Source: an uncultured virus (IMG/VR IMGVR_UViG_2049941000_000043)
Taxonomy: Duplodnaviria > Heunggongvirae > Uroviricota > Caudoviricetes
IMG/VR virus record: IMGVR_UViG_2049941000_000043
DNA: 64,000 nucleotides
Direction: 5' to 3' (one strand)
Every line of letters starts with the position of its first letter. Position 1 is the first letter of the stretch. Positions 29,842 through 40,410 of the stretch are shown piece by piece. Both the position numbers and the translations under genes were made by a program. The notes under the pieces were generated by a model. It saw only the letters and a program-made list of their open reading frames with translations. It did not search any database and was not told the DNA's origin.

Positions 29842-30279
29842 ATGTACATCTTTGACAGCCGAGAAAAGAAGAACGATCACATCAAGGCTTACTTTGACCG
29901 AAACGGCATTCCATACAAAGTGGAAAAACTGGATGTGGGAGACTATATGGTTGAAGGTGGCATCGTGTCTGTAGACAGAAAACGCAATCTGTCAGAACTG
30001 TGTACCAACCTCACAAACAGAGATGACCACGCAAGATTTTGGCGGGAAGTCCGGCGGGCAAAGGAATGTGGCATTAAACTGATAGTCCTGTGCGAACACG
30101 GTGGACAGATCCACGGCATTCAGGATGTTGCAAACTGGAAATCCAAGTACAGTACAGTATCAGGCAGATCGCTGATGGAAGAAATCTATAAGTGCCACAT
30201 ATCCTACGGAGTGGAATTTCTGTTCTGCGATAAGCGGAGTACAGGAAGACGGATTGTTGAGTTGTTGGGGGAAGGGTAA
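29842..30279 (+). CDS. ERCC4-domain nuclease
   Basis: DSREK, KLDVGDY, VDRKRNLSEL. Confidence 0.85.
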   Translation: MYIFDSREKKNDHIKAYFDRNGIPYKVEKLDVGDYMVEGGIVSVDRKRNLSELCTNLTNRDDHARFWREVRRAKECGIKLIVLCEHGGQIHGIQDVANWKSKYSTVSGRSLMEEIYKCHISYGVEFLFCDKRSTGRRIVELLGEG

Positions 30280-30845
30280 TGAATTATTCCTATGAAATAC
30301 GCTCTCGCCTGTCATCCCGTGAGGTATTGGAGTTTTACGGCTTTGATGTGGATCGGGCGGGCTTTTGCCATTGCCCGTTCCATCAGGGCGATAATACTGG
30401 AAGCCTGAAAGTCTACGATGGCAACAAAGGGTGGCATTGCTTCGGTTGCGGAGCGGGGACATCCGTCATAGACTTCGTTATGAAATACTTCGGTCTTTCC
30501 TTCTATGATGCGGAGAAGAAACTGAACGAAGACTTTCGCATGGGTTTGCCAATCGGTGACAGGTTGTCTGACGAGCAGTGGAACGAAGCAAAACGCAAAG
30601 CAGCCGAACGGAAGAAACTACAAGCGGAGAGAGAAGCACAGCACGATAAACTTCTGACGGCTTACCACACGGCTCTTGACCTGTGGATATGGTTAGATAA
30701 GATGAAGCGTGAAAACGCTCCACAATCGCCGCAGGACGGCTTCTGCGAGTCTTATGTGTTCGCCGTCAGTTGGATAGATGCGGTTGGATCAGAGCTAGAC
30801 GAAGCAACGGACAAACTGTTGGAATTTGAAAGGAGTAAAAGATGA
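30279..30845 (+). CDS. CHC2 zinc-finger (primase N-terminal-like) protein
   Basis: CPFH...HCFGCG...VIDFV. Confidence 0.85.
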   Translation: MNYSYEIRSRLSSREVLEFYGFDVDRAGFCHCPFHQGDNTGSLKVYDGNKGWHCFGCGAGTSVIDFVMKYFGLSFYDAEKKLNEDFRMGLPIGDRLSDEQWNEAKRKAAERKKLQAEREAQHDKLLTAYHTALDLWIWLDKMKRENAPQSPQDGFCESYVFAVSWIDAVGSELDEATDKLLEFERSKR

Positions 30846-31670
30846 GAGAGGGAAAGATGATGATTAGGTTATATGATGAAGATTGCGAGACCTTGATTGC
30901 GTTTATTAAGATGCACGAACGTGACGAAATTCCAGAAGATGTGTGGGAAATCTGCATGAGGCTTTATGATGCCGTCTACGGGGAGAGTGATTGGTTGTGA
31001 GACTGATTGATGGTGATGCACTGCGAAAAGCCATGTACCACGAAGCGTTTGAAACGGATACCGATATGCAAAGATGGGAAAGTGGCTGTTGGATTCGGTA
31101 CAAGATGTTTGAGAACGCTTTGGATGCTGCTCCAACCATAGATGCCGCTCCTGTTGTACGCTGCCGGGGTTGCAAGGTCAAAAACGAGGAGCATTGTCAG
31201 TGGTGGCACGGAGTTCCAGCGGATGAGTTCTACGTGCGTGGGGAGAGAGGAAAGACGATGCCTGACACTATTTTTTATCCAAAGGAAAATGCTGAATATG
31301 TCAGAGTAGTTCGGTGCAAGAATTGCAAATGGTGGGGAGACCTTGACCCCCAAACTGACTGGTTTTACTGCTATTGTCATGTGCTTGAATGCTCTACAGA
31401 GCCTGGCTGGTTTTGTGCTGACGGAGAAAGGAAAGATGATGAGACTGATTGATATTGAAGCACCGTGCAAAATCGAAATTGAACTTGACGGTGAAAAGTG
31501 TCACGCAACCGTTACCGCTCCCACCATAGATGCTGTGCCGGTGGTGCACGCGCACTTGATAAACCCCGACCCTTATGGAGACTGTTCAAACTGTGGTTAT
31601 CTCATAGACATTCGGCAAGAGTACAACTACTGCCCTAACTGTGGAGCGAAGATGAGAGAGGCGGGCGACA

Positions 31671-31895
31671 ATGATGGAACTTAAACCTTGCCCGTTTTGC
31701 GGGAGCGATGACATTTACGAGACATATTCGCAAGAGTATTTATTCGGAACTAAAAACCCGGAAATCTTCTGCAACAGTTGCAAGGCTATATTTTCCATTG
31801 AGGACGATAGCCCGTATATGAACTGTGACGAGGATTATGCCTACAGAAAAGCGAAGACAAAAGAAGCGTGGAACAGGAGGGCAAACGATGTATGA
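31671..31895 (+). CDS. Lar-like zinc-ribbon protein
   Basis: LKPCPFCG...CNSC...EAWNRR. Confidence 0.75.
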   Translation: MMELKPCPFCGSDDIYETYSQEYLFGTKNPEIFCNSCKAIFSIEDDSPYMNCDEDYAYRKAKTKEAWNRRANDV

Positions 31896-32289
31896 CGATC
31901 TGGTAAAGACTCTTCGGGAAACCGACTTTTCATACGGATGCCCTTGCGGGGCAGAGCCGCTATGCAAAGACAAAGATTGCATCATTATTCAAGCCGCCGA
32001 TGCCATTGAGGAACTGATGAGACGGTGCGAACAGTTCCAGTATATGCCACTGCCAGCGTGGATTCCCGTGACGGAGCGGTTGCCGAAGATTGACATGAGT
32101 TATCCGCATCATGAGGACTATCTTGTGCAGTACGATTCGGGCAATATGGATGTGGCATCGTGGAGTAATGTAAATCGGTTTTGGACAGACCATGTAACAG
32201 AGCCGCATTGGAACTGCGTACAGTTTGCAGAGGTCATTGCATGGATGCCGTTGCCACAGCCATACAACGGAGAAAGGAAAGAAGAATGA
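31888..32289 (+). CDS. DUF551-like protein
   Basis: QAADAIEEL, WIPVTERLP, VIAWMPLP. Confidence 0.75.
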   Translation: MYDDLVKTLRETDFSYGCPCGAEPLCKDKDCIIIQAADAIEELMRRCEQFQYMPLPAWIPVTERLPKIDMSYPHHEDYLVQYDSGNMDVASWSNVNRFWTDHVTEPHWNCVQFAEVIAWMPLPQPYNGERKEE

Positions 32290-32532
32290 GCACTTGCCCG
32301 TATGTGTGCAACAACAAGACGATTCACGGCTACTGCTGTTCAACGGTATGTATCAACCCGAAGTACAATCAGCGAACAATCAATGGCGGTTTGACGGGTG
32401 ATTATGTACAAGTGGTGCGGTGCAAGGACTGCAAGCACAATCTGCACCCCGGAAAGCCAAACACCGTGTGCGGCCTTAACATTCCAATCTTTGACGGTAA
32501 CGGATACTGTTCGGAAGGAGAAAGGAAAGACG

Positions 32533-32940
32533 ATGTATGACGAACTGGTAAAGCGGCTGAGGGAACTACACCCGGAAGAATTTGGCGATGCGTGGGATTT
32601 CGCTTTTGCTTGCCAACAGGCTATGCACGAAGCCGCCGATGCAATTGAGGAACTGAGCAAGCCCCGCTGGATTCCCGTGACGGCAAGGCCGATGGACGAA
32701 GAAGAGCGGAAAGAGTGGAGCGAAAAACTGGGGTATGACATTGAGTATGACGAGGCTCTGATTTACACCTCGCAACTACCCGATGACGGACAGGAAGTAC
32801 TTGTCTGCGGAAGATACGGAGGCAGATGGATAGACAGGTTTGAGAACGACCCGGATTATGGGTGCTGTTTTGCGGAGAACGGAGATATGGACGGAATCGT
32901 GGCTTGGATGCCTCTGCCAGAACCGCCGAAGGAGGAATGA
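32533..32940 (+). CDS. DUF551-like protein
   Basis: EAADAIEEL, WIPVT, IVAWMPLPEPP. Confidence 0.75.
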   Translation: MYDELVKRLRELHPEEFGDAWDFAFACQQAMHEAADAIEELSKPRWIPVTARPMDEEERKEWSEKLGYDIEYDEALIYTSQLPDDGQEVLVCGRYGGRWIDRFENDPDYGCCFAENGDMDGIVAWMPLPEPPKEE

Positions 32941-33982
32941 GATACAATGAGCATCTTAATCAAGGGCATGGAGATGCCGGATTGTTGCAAAAAGTGTCCT
33001 TTTCTTGATTATGAGTGTGGATACTGTTTTGCAAGAGGGAAAAAGCAAAAAGATGGTTGGTATGATTGCGATCTTTATGTTGGCGATAACGAAAAAAGGG
33101 ATGAGAATTGTCCTCTCGTCCCCGTCCCACCGCATGGGGATTGGATTGACAGGGATGATTTCTTTGCCACTTGCCCGGAACTCGTTGACGGATACAAGCG
33201 CATAACGGATGACCTCGTTGTCATCCCGGCAGAGGAGGGAGAGAGATGAGCGTACTTTATCCGTGCATCTACTGCACAGAGGACGGACATTGCAAAAAGT
33301 TTTCGGATGAGGAAGTGGCTTCATGGTGTGTACTAGGGCCTTGCGAATATGAAAAGCCATCCATCGCCGACCGCATTCGTGCTATGAGTGACGAGAAGCT
33401 GGCAGAATGGTTGGGCTATATTGGCGACGCACACTGTGAGCCTAACGCCGGTTGGCTTGACTGGCTGAAACGGGAGGCAGACGATGAGCGAATATGTCAA
33501 GATTAAAAGACGAATCTACGATGAACTGATAGACATCAAGGCCAAGTATGTTGTGCTGTGCGAAATGCTAGAAGCAATGGAAAAGGTTTATCAAGCAAAC
33601 AGGATGGACGGAGAAAGGAAAGACGATGATAATCCTTAATTTTGGCAAGTGGTGTCATAAAGCCACAGGAATGCTCCTGTATGACAGGGTTTACATGAAC
33701 GGATACAAATGGACACCGCTGTGCGTTGTTCACTTTCGGTATGTAGGATGAGGAAAAGACGATGAGTGAATATATCGTGCGAGAAACAGACTGCGGTTTA
33801 GCCACAAAGCAAGAGATCGTGGGAGAACTGGTGCGGTGTAAGGATTGCAAACATTTGCTTATAGTTACAAACGAGCCGCTGATGGGATTATGTCAGTTGT
33901 CTGCTCCTAAAACTCTTACAATGTGGAGCGAAGATATAGCAACTCATTTTTGTGGGTGGGGAGAAAGGAAAGACGATGCCAC

Positions 33983-34116
33983 TTGATTTTTGCATAATGC
34001 TCACTTATAATGGATTCGTTGATAGTGTTGGGCAAGGTGCTATCAGCGGTAAACTCAATACTATCATCGCATTCCCCCGCTTGCTTCGGACTTGCCCCCG
34101 GAGCGAGTGGGGTTTT
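33983..34116 (+). promoter_or_regulatory. Promoter plus two-hairpin leader with complementary loops
   Basis: TTGATT-17-TATAAT (33983-34011); hairpins 34018-34047 and 34075-34112+TTTT; loops GGGCAAG / CTTGCCC. Confidence 0.65.
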
Positions 34117-34141
34117 CAATTAACCGAAAAGGGGAGAGTCA

Positions 34142-35839
34142 ATGGGAACAGAACTGATGATCCCACAGTATAGCGCAGAGGACTACTATCAGTCTTCCGC
34201 TCCGTATGAGTGGTTATACTCGCATAAGGAAGACAAATTCCTAATGAAACAGCTTACGCAGCAGATGAAAGCACAGGCCGGATCTGTTGGTGTGCGATGC
34301 TTCGTGGCCTTGTTCAATGCCTATTGCGAATCAATGAAGAACCGTCATGGTGAAGTGGTCGGCAAAAGCACAGAGTTTGAGAATCAGCCGTTGGAACTCC
34401 TGTCCGGCGAATACATTTGCAACGAGAACGGTGTTTCCATCATTGACAAATTCGGTTATCCACAGATCATCTGCCGACACGCTATTCTTCCTGTTCGCCG
34501 CCTAATCAACATTGATAGTGGGGAAGAGAGGTTGGAATTGGCCTACAAAAAGGGTAGAGTGTGGAGAAGCATCATCGCAGAAAAGGCCGTTATTGCTTCC
34601 AGTAGTCAGATTTTACAGTTGGCTGCCTACGGCATTATGGTCAATTCCGACAATGCCAAGGCCCTGTCAACATACATCCTGGATATGGAAGAACTGAACT
34701 ACTCCACGATCCCGGAACAGAAGTCTGTTGGACGGCTTGGATGGGTGGTATCCCACGGATTCAGCCCATACTTTGAAGACCTCATCTTTGATGGAGAAAC
34801 GAATTTCAAGCACATTTTCAATTCCGTTCACTCCAACGGAGACAGACAGAAGTGGATTGATGCCATGCTGAAACTCCGTGCAGAGCGATCTCCGGGACGG
34901 CTGTTCCTGGCGGCATCCTTTGCTTCGGTAATCCTTGAGCCGTGCGGATTGCTTCCCTTCTTTCTTCACGCATGGGGCGGTACTGAAACAGGCAAGACTG
35001 TAGGACTTTTGGTGGCAGCTTCCGTTTGGGCTTCGCCGAAGATTGGCGAATATGTCAGCACCTTCAACAGCACCTCTGTCGGGCAGGAGATGACCGCCAG
35101 TTTCCTGAACAGTTTGCCAATGTGTCTTGACGAATTGCAGATACAATCCTCTGCCGGAATCAAAGACTTTGACAAGACCATATATCAGCTTACAGAAGGA
35201 GTTGGACGAACCAGAGGTGCAAAGTCCGGCGGTCTTCAGCGACAGAATACATGGAAGAACTGTATCATAACCAACGGCGAACATCCCATCAGCACAGCAA
35301 ACTCCGGCGGTGGTGCTGTCAATAGGGTGATAGAGTTTGAATGTGCCGATAAAGTGTATTCGGATCTTGTTTGGCTTTGCTCCGTCATCAATGAGAACTA
35401 CGGTTTCGCCGGGAGAGAATTTGTGGCCTATCTGCAATCAGAAGGGGCCTTTGAGCGTGTTAATGATATTCAGAAGGGGTTCTATAGGGAACTGCTAAAA
35501 AGCGATTCTACGGACAAACAGGCGGCTTCTGCGAGTGCTATCCTCGCTGCCGATGCGATTGCTACAGAACTGTTCTTCCATGATGACAACGCTTTGACAG
35601 TTGCAGAAATGGCATCCATCATGACAAAACGAGACGATGTCAACGTGAACCGCCGTGCTTTGGACTATTTGTACGAACTGGTAGCACGGAATCCCGGTCA
35701 CTTTTCCACCAACGATTTCGGAGAGTACAAGACCGAGGTGTGGGGGAAAAAGGACGGCGGGTATGTCTACTTCGTTAAGTCTGTTTTTGATCGTGAAATG
35801 GGGTATGCCGGATTTAACTCCGCAGCGTTCTTGGCTTGG
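34142..35839 (+). CDS. DUF927-containing replicative helicase (3' truncated at gap)
   Basis: VGRLGW, Walker A GGTETGKT, Walker B LDELQ, GRTRG, TNGE, NYGFAG. Confidence 0.85.
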
Positions 35840-35849
35840 NNNNNNNNNN

Positions 35850-36081
35850 GTTGGACAAGCTGAAGGAACTCGAAGCACGCCTATATGCCAGCATGGAGGA
35901 CGCTGACAGCCGGGCGCTGCCTGCCCTGGCGAAGCAGTACCGGGACACGATCCGGGAAATCGAGGAGATAGAAGGACATCATGACAACAACGACGAGATC
36001 GGCAATATTATCGCCCTGCGAGATGCTCATGGGGAGCCAGGAGCCGTCCGTCCGAATCGTACCGCAATACCTGACGACTGA
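35850..36081 (+). CDS. Terminase small subunit-like (5' truncated)
   Basis: LPALAKQYRDTIREIEEI helix; overlaps terL start. Confidence 0.6.
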
Positions 36082-37533
36082 TGGGCCGGATGCCTGTGCG
36101 GTACTTCGTGCCGGCGGGATCAGACTCGACCCGTGGCAGATGGACGTCCTGGATGACTGGCTCGGAAGGACGCCCGGCGGACGATGGGCCAGCCCGGTGT
36201 GCGGCGGAAGCGTACCGAGGCAGAACGGAAAGACCTTGCTCGTGCAGGGGAGAATGGAGCCAGGCATGATCCTGTTCAACGAACAGGTGATATATACCGC
36301 GCACCTCCAGAAGACGGCCACAGAAACCTTCGAGGAGATGCGCGACTTTTTTGAGCATCCGAAGGTGCGGCCGTATGTGGCGGAGATCAAGACCGCCATC
36401 GGACGCGAGCAGATCATCCTGAAGAGCGGAGCCAGGGTGAAGTTCCTGGCGAGAACGAGGAACGGCGGCCGAGGCCAGCACGGAGATCTGCTAATTTTCG
36501 ACGAGGCTCAGGAGCTTGACGAGAACCAGCAGGCGTCGTTCCTGCCGGCAATCTCGGCGAGCTTGAACCCGCAGGTGGTCTATGTGGGAACTCCGCCAGA
36601 TCCGACGGCGACCGGCACAGTGTTTCGGGGCGTCAGGGAGAAGGCGAAGGACTCGAAGCGGACAGCGTGGTTTGAGTTCTCCGTGCCGGAGATCGGGGAC
36701 GTTAAAGACCCTGCGAGATGGGTCGCCGCCAATCCGGCGCTCGGCCGGCGGATTCTGCTCTCGACCATCGAGGGCGAAGTGGAGCAGATGGATGCAGATA
36801 CCTTCGCCAGGGAGCGGCTCGGCTGGTGGTCACCGATAGCTGTGGAAAAGGTCGAGTATGCCCTGGACAAGGAAGCCTGGGCGGCGGCCTGCGCCNNNNN
36901 NNNNNNNNNNNNNNNNNNNNNNNNNNNNNNNNNNNNNNNNNNNNNNNNNNNNNNNNNNNNNNNNNNNNNNNNNNNNNNNNNNNNNNNNNNNNNNNNNNNN
37001 NNNNNNNNNNNNNNNNNNNNNNNNNNNNNNNTGCGGAGCTGTGTGCCCGCCGGAAGGGAAGGCAAGGATCTCTCTGATCGAGAGGAAGCCGACAGGAATG
37101 GGAACCCGGTGGCTGGCCGACTGGCTGAACGAGAGATACAGCAAGGCCAGCTGCGTGGTGATAGACGGCCGGAACGGCGTGGACGTTCTGGTGGACAGGN
37201 NNNNNNNNNNNNNNNNNNNNNNNNNNNNNNNNNNNNNNNNNNNNNNNNATAGCGGACACATGGAAGGCGAAGAACTCCGTGATCAGGCCGAGTGCCCGCG
37301 ACATGGTGGCCAGTGTTGGCCAGCTGACGAACGAGATAAATGAGAAGTCCGTGACATGGTATAAACCGCAGGCGGCGCTGGACCAATCAGCGACAACTGC
37401 AGTCAAGAGGTCATTGGCAGGCGGGTGGGCATTTGGTGGCCAGGATTCCGCGCCAATAGAAGCCTGCGCCCTCGCACTCTGGGGCGCGAGAAACACAAAG
37501 CGCGATCCGACGCGACAAATGAGAATAGGGTGA
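36023..37533 (+). CDS. terL: Terminase large subunit (two gaps)
   Basis: PRQNGKT Walker A, LLIFDEAQ Walker B, GTPP, ANPALG, FARERLGWW. Confidence 0.92.
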
Positions 37534-37537
37534 TCAA

Positions 37538-38926
37538 GTGTTAGAAAACATGGCAAACGCGACCGGCCTCACGCCGGAGGAAGCTGAACTGGTCTCCAAG
37601 CTGGTGGCGACCTACAACCACCACCTCGGAGCGAACAAGAGGAAGCGCCGTTACTACGAAGGGCACGTCACGCTCGGCGAGGTCAACCTCGGCCTGGCAC
37701 TGCCGCACTCCTTCATGAAGCTGGAGGTCGGCTGTGCATGGGGCGAAAAGGCCGTGGACGTTCTGGCGGCCCGGAGTATGTTCGACGGCTTCGTCGGGCG
37801 CTCCGGCGAGGACGCGGAGCTGATGACGAAGATCATGAACGCGAACAGGCTCCGCGCAGAGTACATGAAGGCGTGCCGGGACGAGCTGAAGTACGGGTGC
37901 ACCTTTGCCACGCTGAGCAGAGATCCGGTGTACGGATGCCGCATCCGCTGGCACTCTCCTGAGACGGCCTCGGCCCTCTGGGACGGCGAGAAGCAGCGGA
38001 TCGCCGCAGGGCTTGTCATTATCGACCAGAAGAGGGACGAGACCGATAAGACCTGGAAGCCGGCGGTCGTTCAGCTGCACACAGACTACGCAGTCATCGA
38101 GATCCGGCGCGACCAGTACGACCGGTGGTACGCCACCAGGTATCCGCACAGCCTGGGCCGGCCAATGATGGAGCCTCTGATCTGGAATGCCACCTCGGCG
38201 AAGCCCTTCGGCAGATCCAGACTGAAAGAGCCGGTGCGGAGACTCATCCAGGGCTACGTTCGCACTGTGGCAAACGCCACCATCGGCCTGGAGTTTTCCA
38301 CGTCTCCTCAGAAGTACATCCTGGGCGTGACGGATGACCAGTACGCCGCCATCGTTGACCAGAAGTTCAAGACCTATGTGGGCTCACTGCTGGCGGCCAC
38401 GACGAACCCAGAGACCGGCGAGAAGCCGACCTTCGGTCAGCTGCCGCAGGGCACAATCGAGCCTCATGTGGCCATGATGCGGGTGCTGTCTACGCAGTTC
38501 AGCGCCGCCACGGGCCTGACCGTCACCGATGTGGGAGTCGTGAATGACGCCAACCCCACGAGCTCGGATGCGATCCTGGCACAATCCCAGACACTGGTGC
38601 TTCTGGCCGAGCAGCTGAACACCGGCAACGGCGATGCGCTGTACACGATCTCCCAGATGGCACAGGCCATCGCCAGGAACGTGAGGATGGACGAGCTGGC
38701 GGACGAGGAGAAGGACATCTCCGCACACTTCAAGAATCCTGCCATGCCGTCCGTCAGCGTGACAGCGGACGCGGCGGTGAAGATCGCCACGAGCCGGCCG
38801 ACCTTCGGCAACACCGACGTGTATCTGGAGATGCTGGGCTTCGACCAGGCAGACATCCGTAGGATCAAAGCGCAGGAGGTCCGGGCCAGAGGCCTGAGCT
38901 TCCTGGAGATGGAGTTCGGGAGCTGA
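37538..38926 (+). CDS. Portal protein
   Basis: RRYYEG, KPFGRSR, PQKYILG, NPTSSDA; follows terL. Confidence 0.9.
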   Translation: MLENMANATGLTPEEAELVSKLVATYNHHLGANKRKRRYYEGHVTLGEVNLGLALPHSFMKLEVGCAWGEKAVDVLAARSMFDGFVGRSGEDAELMTKIMNANRLRAEYMKACRDELKYGCTFATLSRDPVYGCRIRWHSPETASALWDGEKQRIAAGLVIIDQKRDETDKTWKPAVVQLHTDYAVIEIRRDQYDRWYATRYPHSLGRPMMEPLIWNATSAKPFGRSRLKEPVRRLIQGYVRTVANATIGLEFSTSPQKYILGVTDDQYAAIVDQKFKTYVGSLLAATTNPETGEKPTFGQLPQGTIEPHVAMMRVLSTQFSAATGLTVTDVGVVNDANPTSSDAILAQSQTLVLLAEQLNTGNGDALYTISQMAQAIARNVRMDELADEEKDISAHFKNPAMPSVSVTADAAVKIATSRPTFGNTDVYLEMLGFDQADIRRIKAQEVRARGLSFLEMEFGS

Positions 38927-38932
38927 TAGAAC

Positions 38933-39685
38933 ATGGTCATAACTGCCGCCGAGTGGGCAAGATACCGAGACAGGCTCAGCCAAATCTCACGAAGAGCGGC
39001 GGAGCTGATGCAGCAGTATGTCTGGGACCACGGCTATGAAGTGAACGACAAGCTTATCGCCTACGCCTACTCGCTTGAGACTCAGTTCGGAGAAGCGGCC
39101 GCAGAGCTTGCCTGCATCATGTACGACGATATGGCTGCATACTGGGCGATGTTTTCTCCGGAGCGGATGGCGTTTGAGTCTGCTATCCCTGCAGAGACCG
39201 CCACCTACGGCGAGACGGCTGCCGCGATGAAAGCGGTCGGAGAGGAATCGCCGAGCACGATCCCGGACGTCGTCGGCCGCATGGTCAAGCGAGCCGCCGC
39301 CGACACGACGATGCAGAACGCCATCCGTGACGGCGCACAGTTTGCCTGGATACCGTCCGGAGACACCTGTGCCTTCTGTCTCACTCTCGCATCGAGGGGC
39401 TGGCAGTACGCCAGCAAGAAGTCCATCAAGAATGGGCACGCGGAGCACATCCACAGCAACTGCGACTGCCAGTACGCGGTGAGATTCGACACCGAGACCA
39501 GGTATGCCGGCTATGACCCGGACAAGTACAAGAAGATGTACGACGAGGCGGACGGTGACACGCCGAAGGACAAGATCAACGCCATGAGGCGCGAGTTCTA
39601 CGAGGAAGACAAGGACAGAATCAACGAGCAGAAGCGGGAAGCATACGCCAGGAGAGCAGAAGAGTCGGAGCTGTATGAGCCATGA
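38933..39685 (+). CDS. MuF-like minor head/capsid maturation protein
   Basis: TCAFCLTLASRG...HSNCDC. Confidence 0.8.
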   Translation: MVITAAEWARYRDRLSQISRRAAELMQQYVWDHGYEVNDKLIAYAYSLETQFGEAAAELACIMYDDMAAYWAMFSPERMAFESAIPAETATYGETAAAMKAVGEESPSTIPDVVGRMVKRAAADTTMQNAIRDGAQFAWIPSGDTCAFCLTLASRGWQYASKKSIKNGHAEHIHSNCDCQYAVRFDTETRYAGYDPDKYKKMYDEADGDTPKDKINAMRREFYEEDKDRINEQKREAYARRAEESELYEP

Positions 39686-40329
39686 AATACATGATACACG
39701 CCTGCCCGCCTCGGATGTGGTATGTGGAGAAGTACCTCGTCCCATCCATGAAGGCTCAGGGCATCACGGACGAGGAGATCATCGTCTGGAACGATGAGAA
39801 GCAGGAGGGGAACCTTCCGGCGTTCATCGCGAGCATGAGGGCCTGCGCCTCACAGCCGGGCGGCGTGTGGCATTTGCAGGATGATGTGATCATCTGCCGG
39901 CAGTTCGCGGAACTGACGAGAGAGAACGACGAGGGGCTTGTCTGCGGGTTCCACTGCAAGAACTTCGGCAAGTACCCGGAGACGCACGGACGGGTGCCGG
40001 CGTTCTTAGCTTGGTACTCGTTCCCGTGCATAAGGATACCGAACGACCTCGCCGCCGGCTTCCTGGAGTGGTTCGACAACGTGGGCGCAAAGCAGTACGG
40101 CTCCCAGTATGTGGACAAGAAGCATGACGACTGGTTCTTCGCCAAGTATTGCGAAGACCAGAAGGATCTCCGGGTGCTAAACCTCAAGCCGAACCTCGTG
40201 GATCATATCGACTACCTCATCGGCGGGACTCTGATCAACCAGGCACGGCTCGCCCAGGTGAACCGGGCGGCGTATTTCCCAGACCCGGATCTGGTGGACG
40301 AGCTGGAGCGAAAACTTAACAATCAATGA
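39682..40329 (+). CDS. Glycosyltransferase-like (GT-A fold) protein
   Basis: MIHACPPR N-terminus, WHLQDD acidic motif, HDD and PNLVDH C-terminal motifs. Confidence 0.6.
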   Translation: MKYMIHACPPRMWYVEKYLVPSMKAQGITDEEIIVWNDEKQEGNLPAFIASMRACASQPGGVWHLQDDVIICRQFAELTRENDEGLVCGFHCKNFGKYPETHGRVPAFLAWYSFPCIRIPNDLAAGFLEWFDNVGAKQYGSQYVDKKHDDWFFAKYCEDQKDLRVLNLKPNLVDHIDYLIGGTLINQARLAQVNRAAYFPDPDLVDELERKLNNQ

Positions 40330-40332
40330 TTC

Positions 40333-40356
40333 AAGCACGAGCAATCGTGCTTTTTT
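40333..40356 (+). terminator. Terminator-like hairpin
   Basis: AAGCACGA-GCAA-TCGTGCTT followed by TTTT. Confidence 0.7.
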
Positions 40357-40410
40357 CATGCCCACGGCTGGCTAAGCCGGAAATTTACGCGAAAGCGGAG
40401 GAGAAACAAA

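Larger units (their letters stand above)
30856..33986 (+). other. Array of short overlapping accessory ORFs (Cys-rich VVRCKDC types, DUF551-like, Lar-like)
   Basis: ORFs incl. 30991-31452, 31436-31684, 32286-32540, 32947-33249, 33246-33506, 33762-33986; shared GGAGAAAGGAAAGA(C/T)GATG junctions. Confidence 0.75.
1..35839 (+). mobile_element. Phage A: siphovirus-like genome (gapped, right end truncated)
   Basis: Co-oriented terminase-portal-MuF-scaffold-capsid-tail-lysis-recombination-replication gene order; ends inside a DUF927-like ORF at the N gap. Confidence 0.92.

Noticed and set aside
33952..34173. 73-aa ORF
   Set aside because: Overlaps a promoter and structured leader; likely spurious
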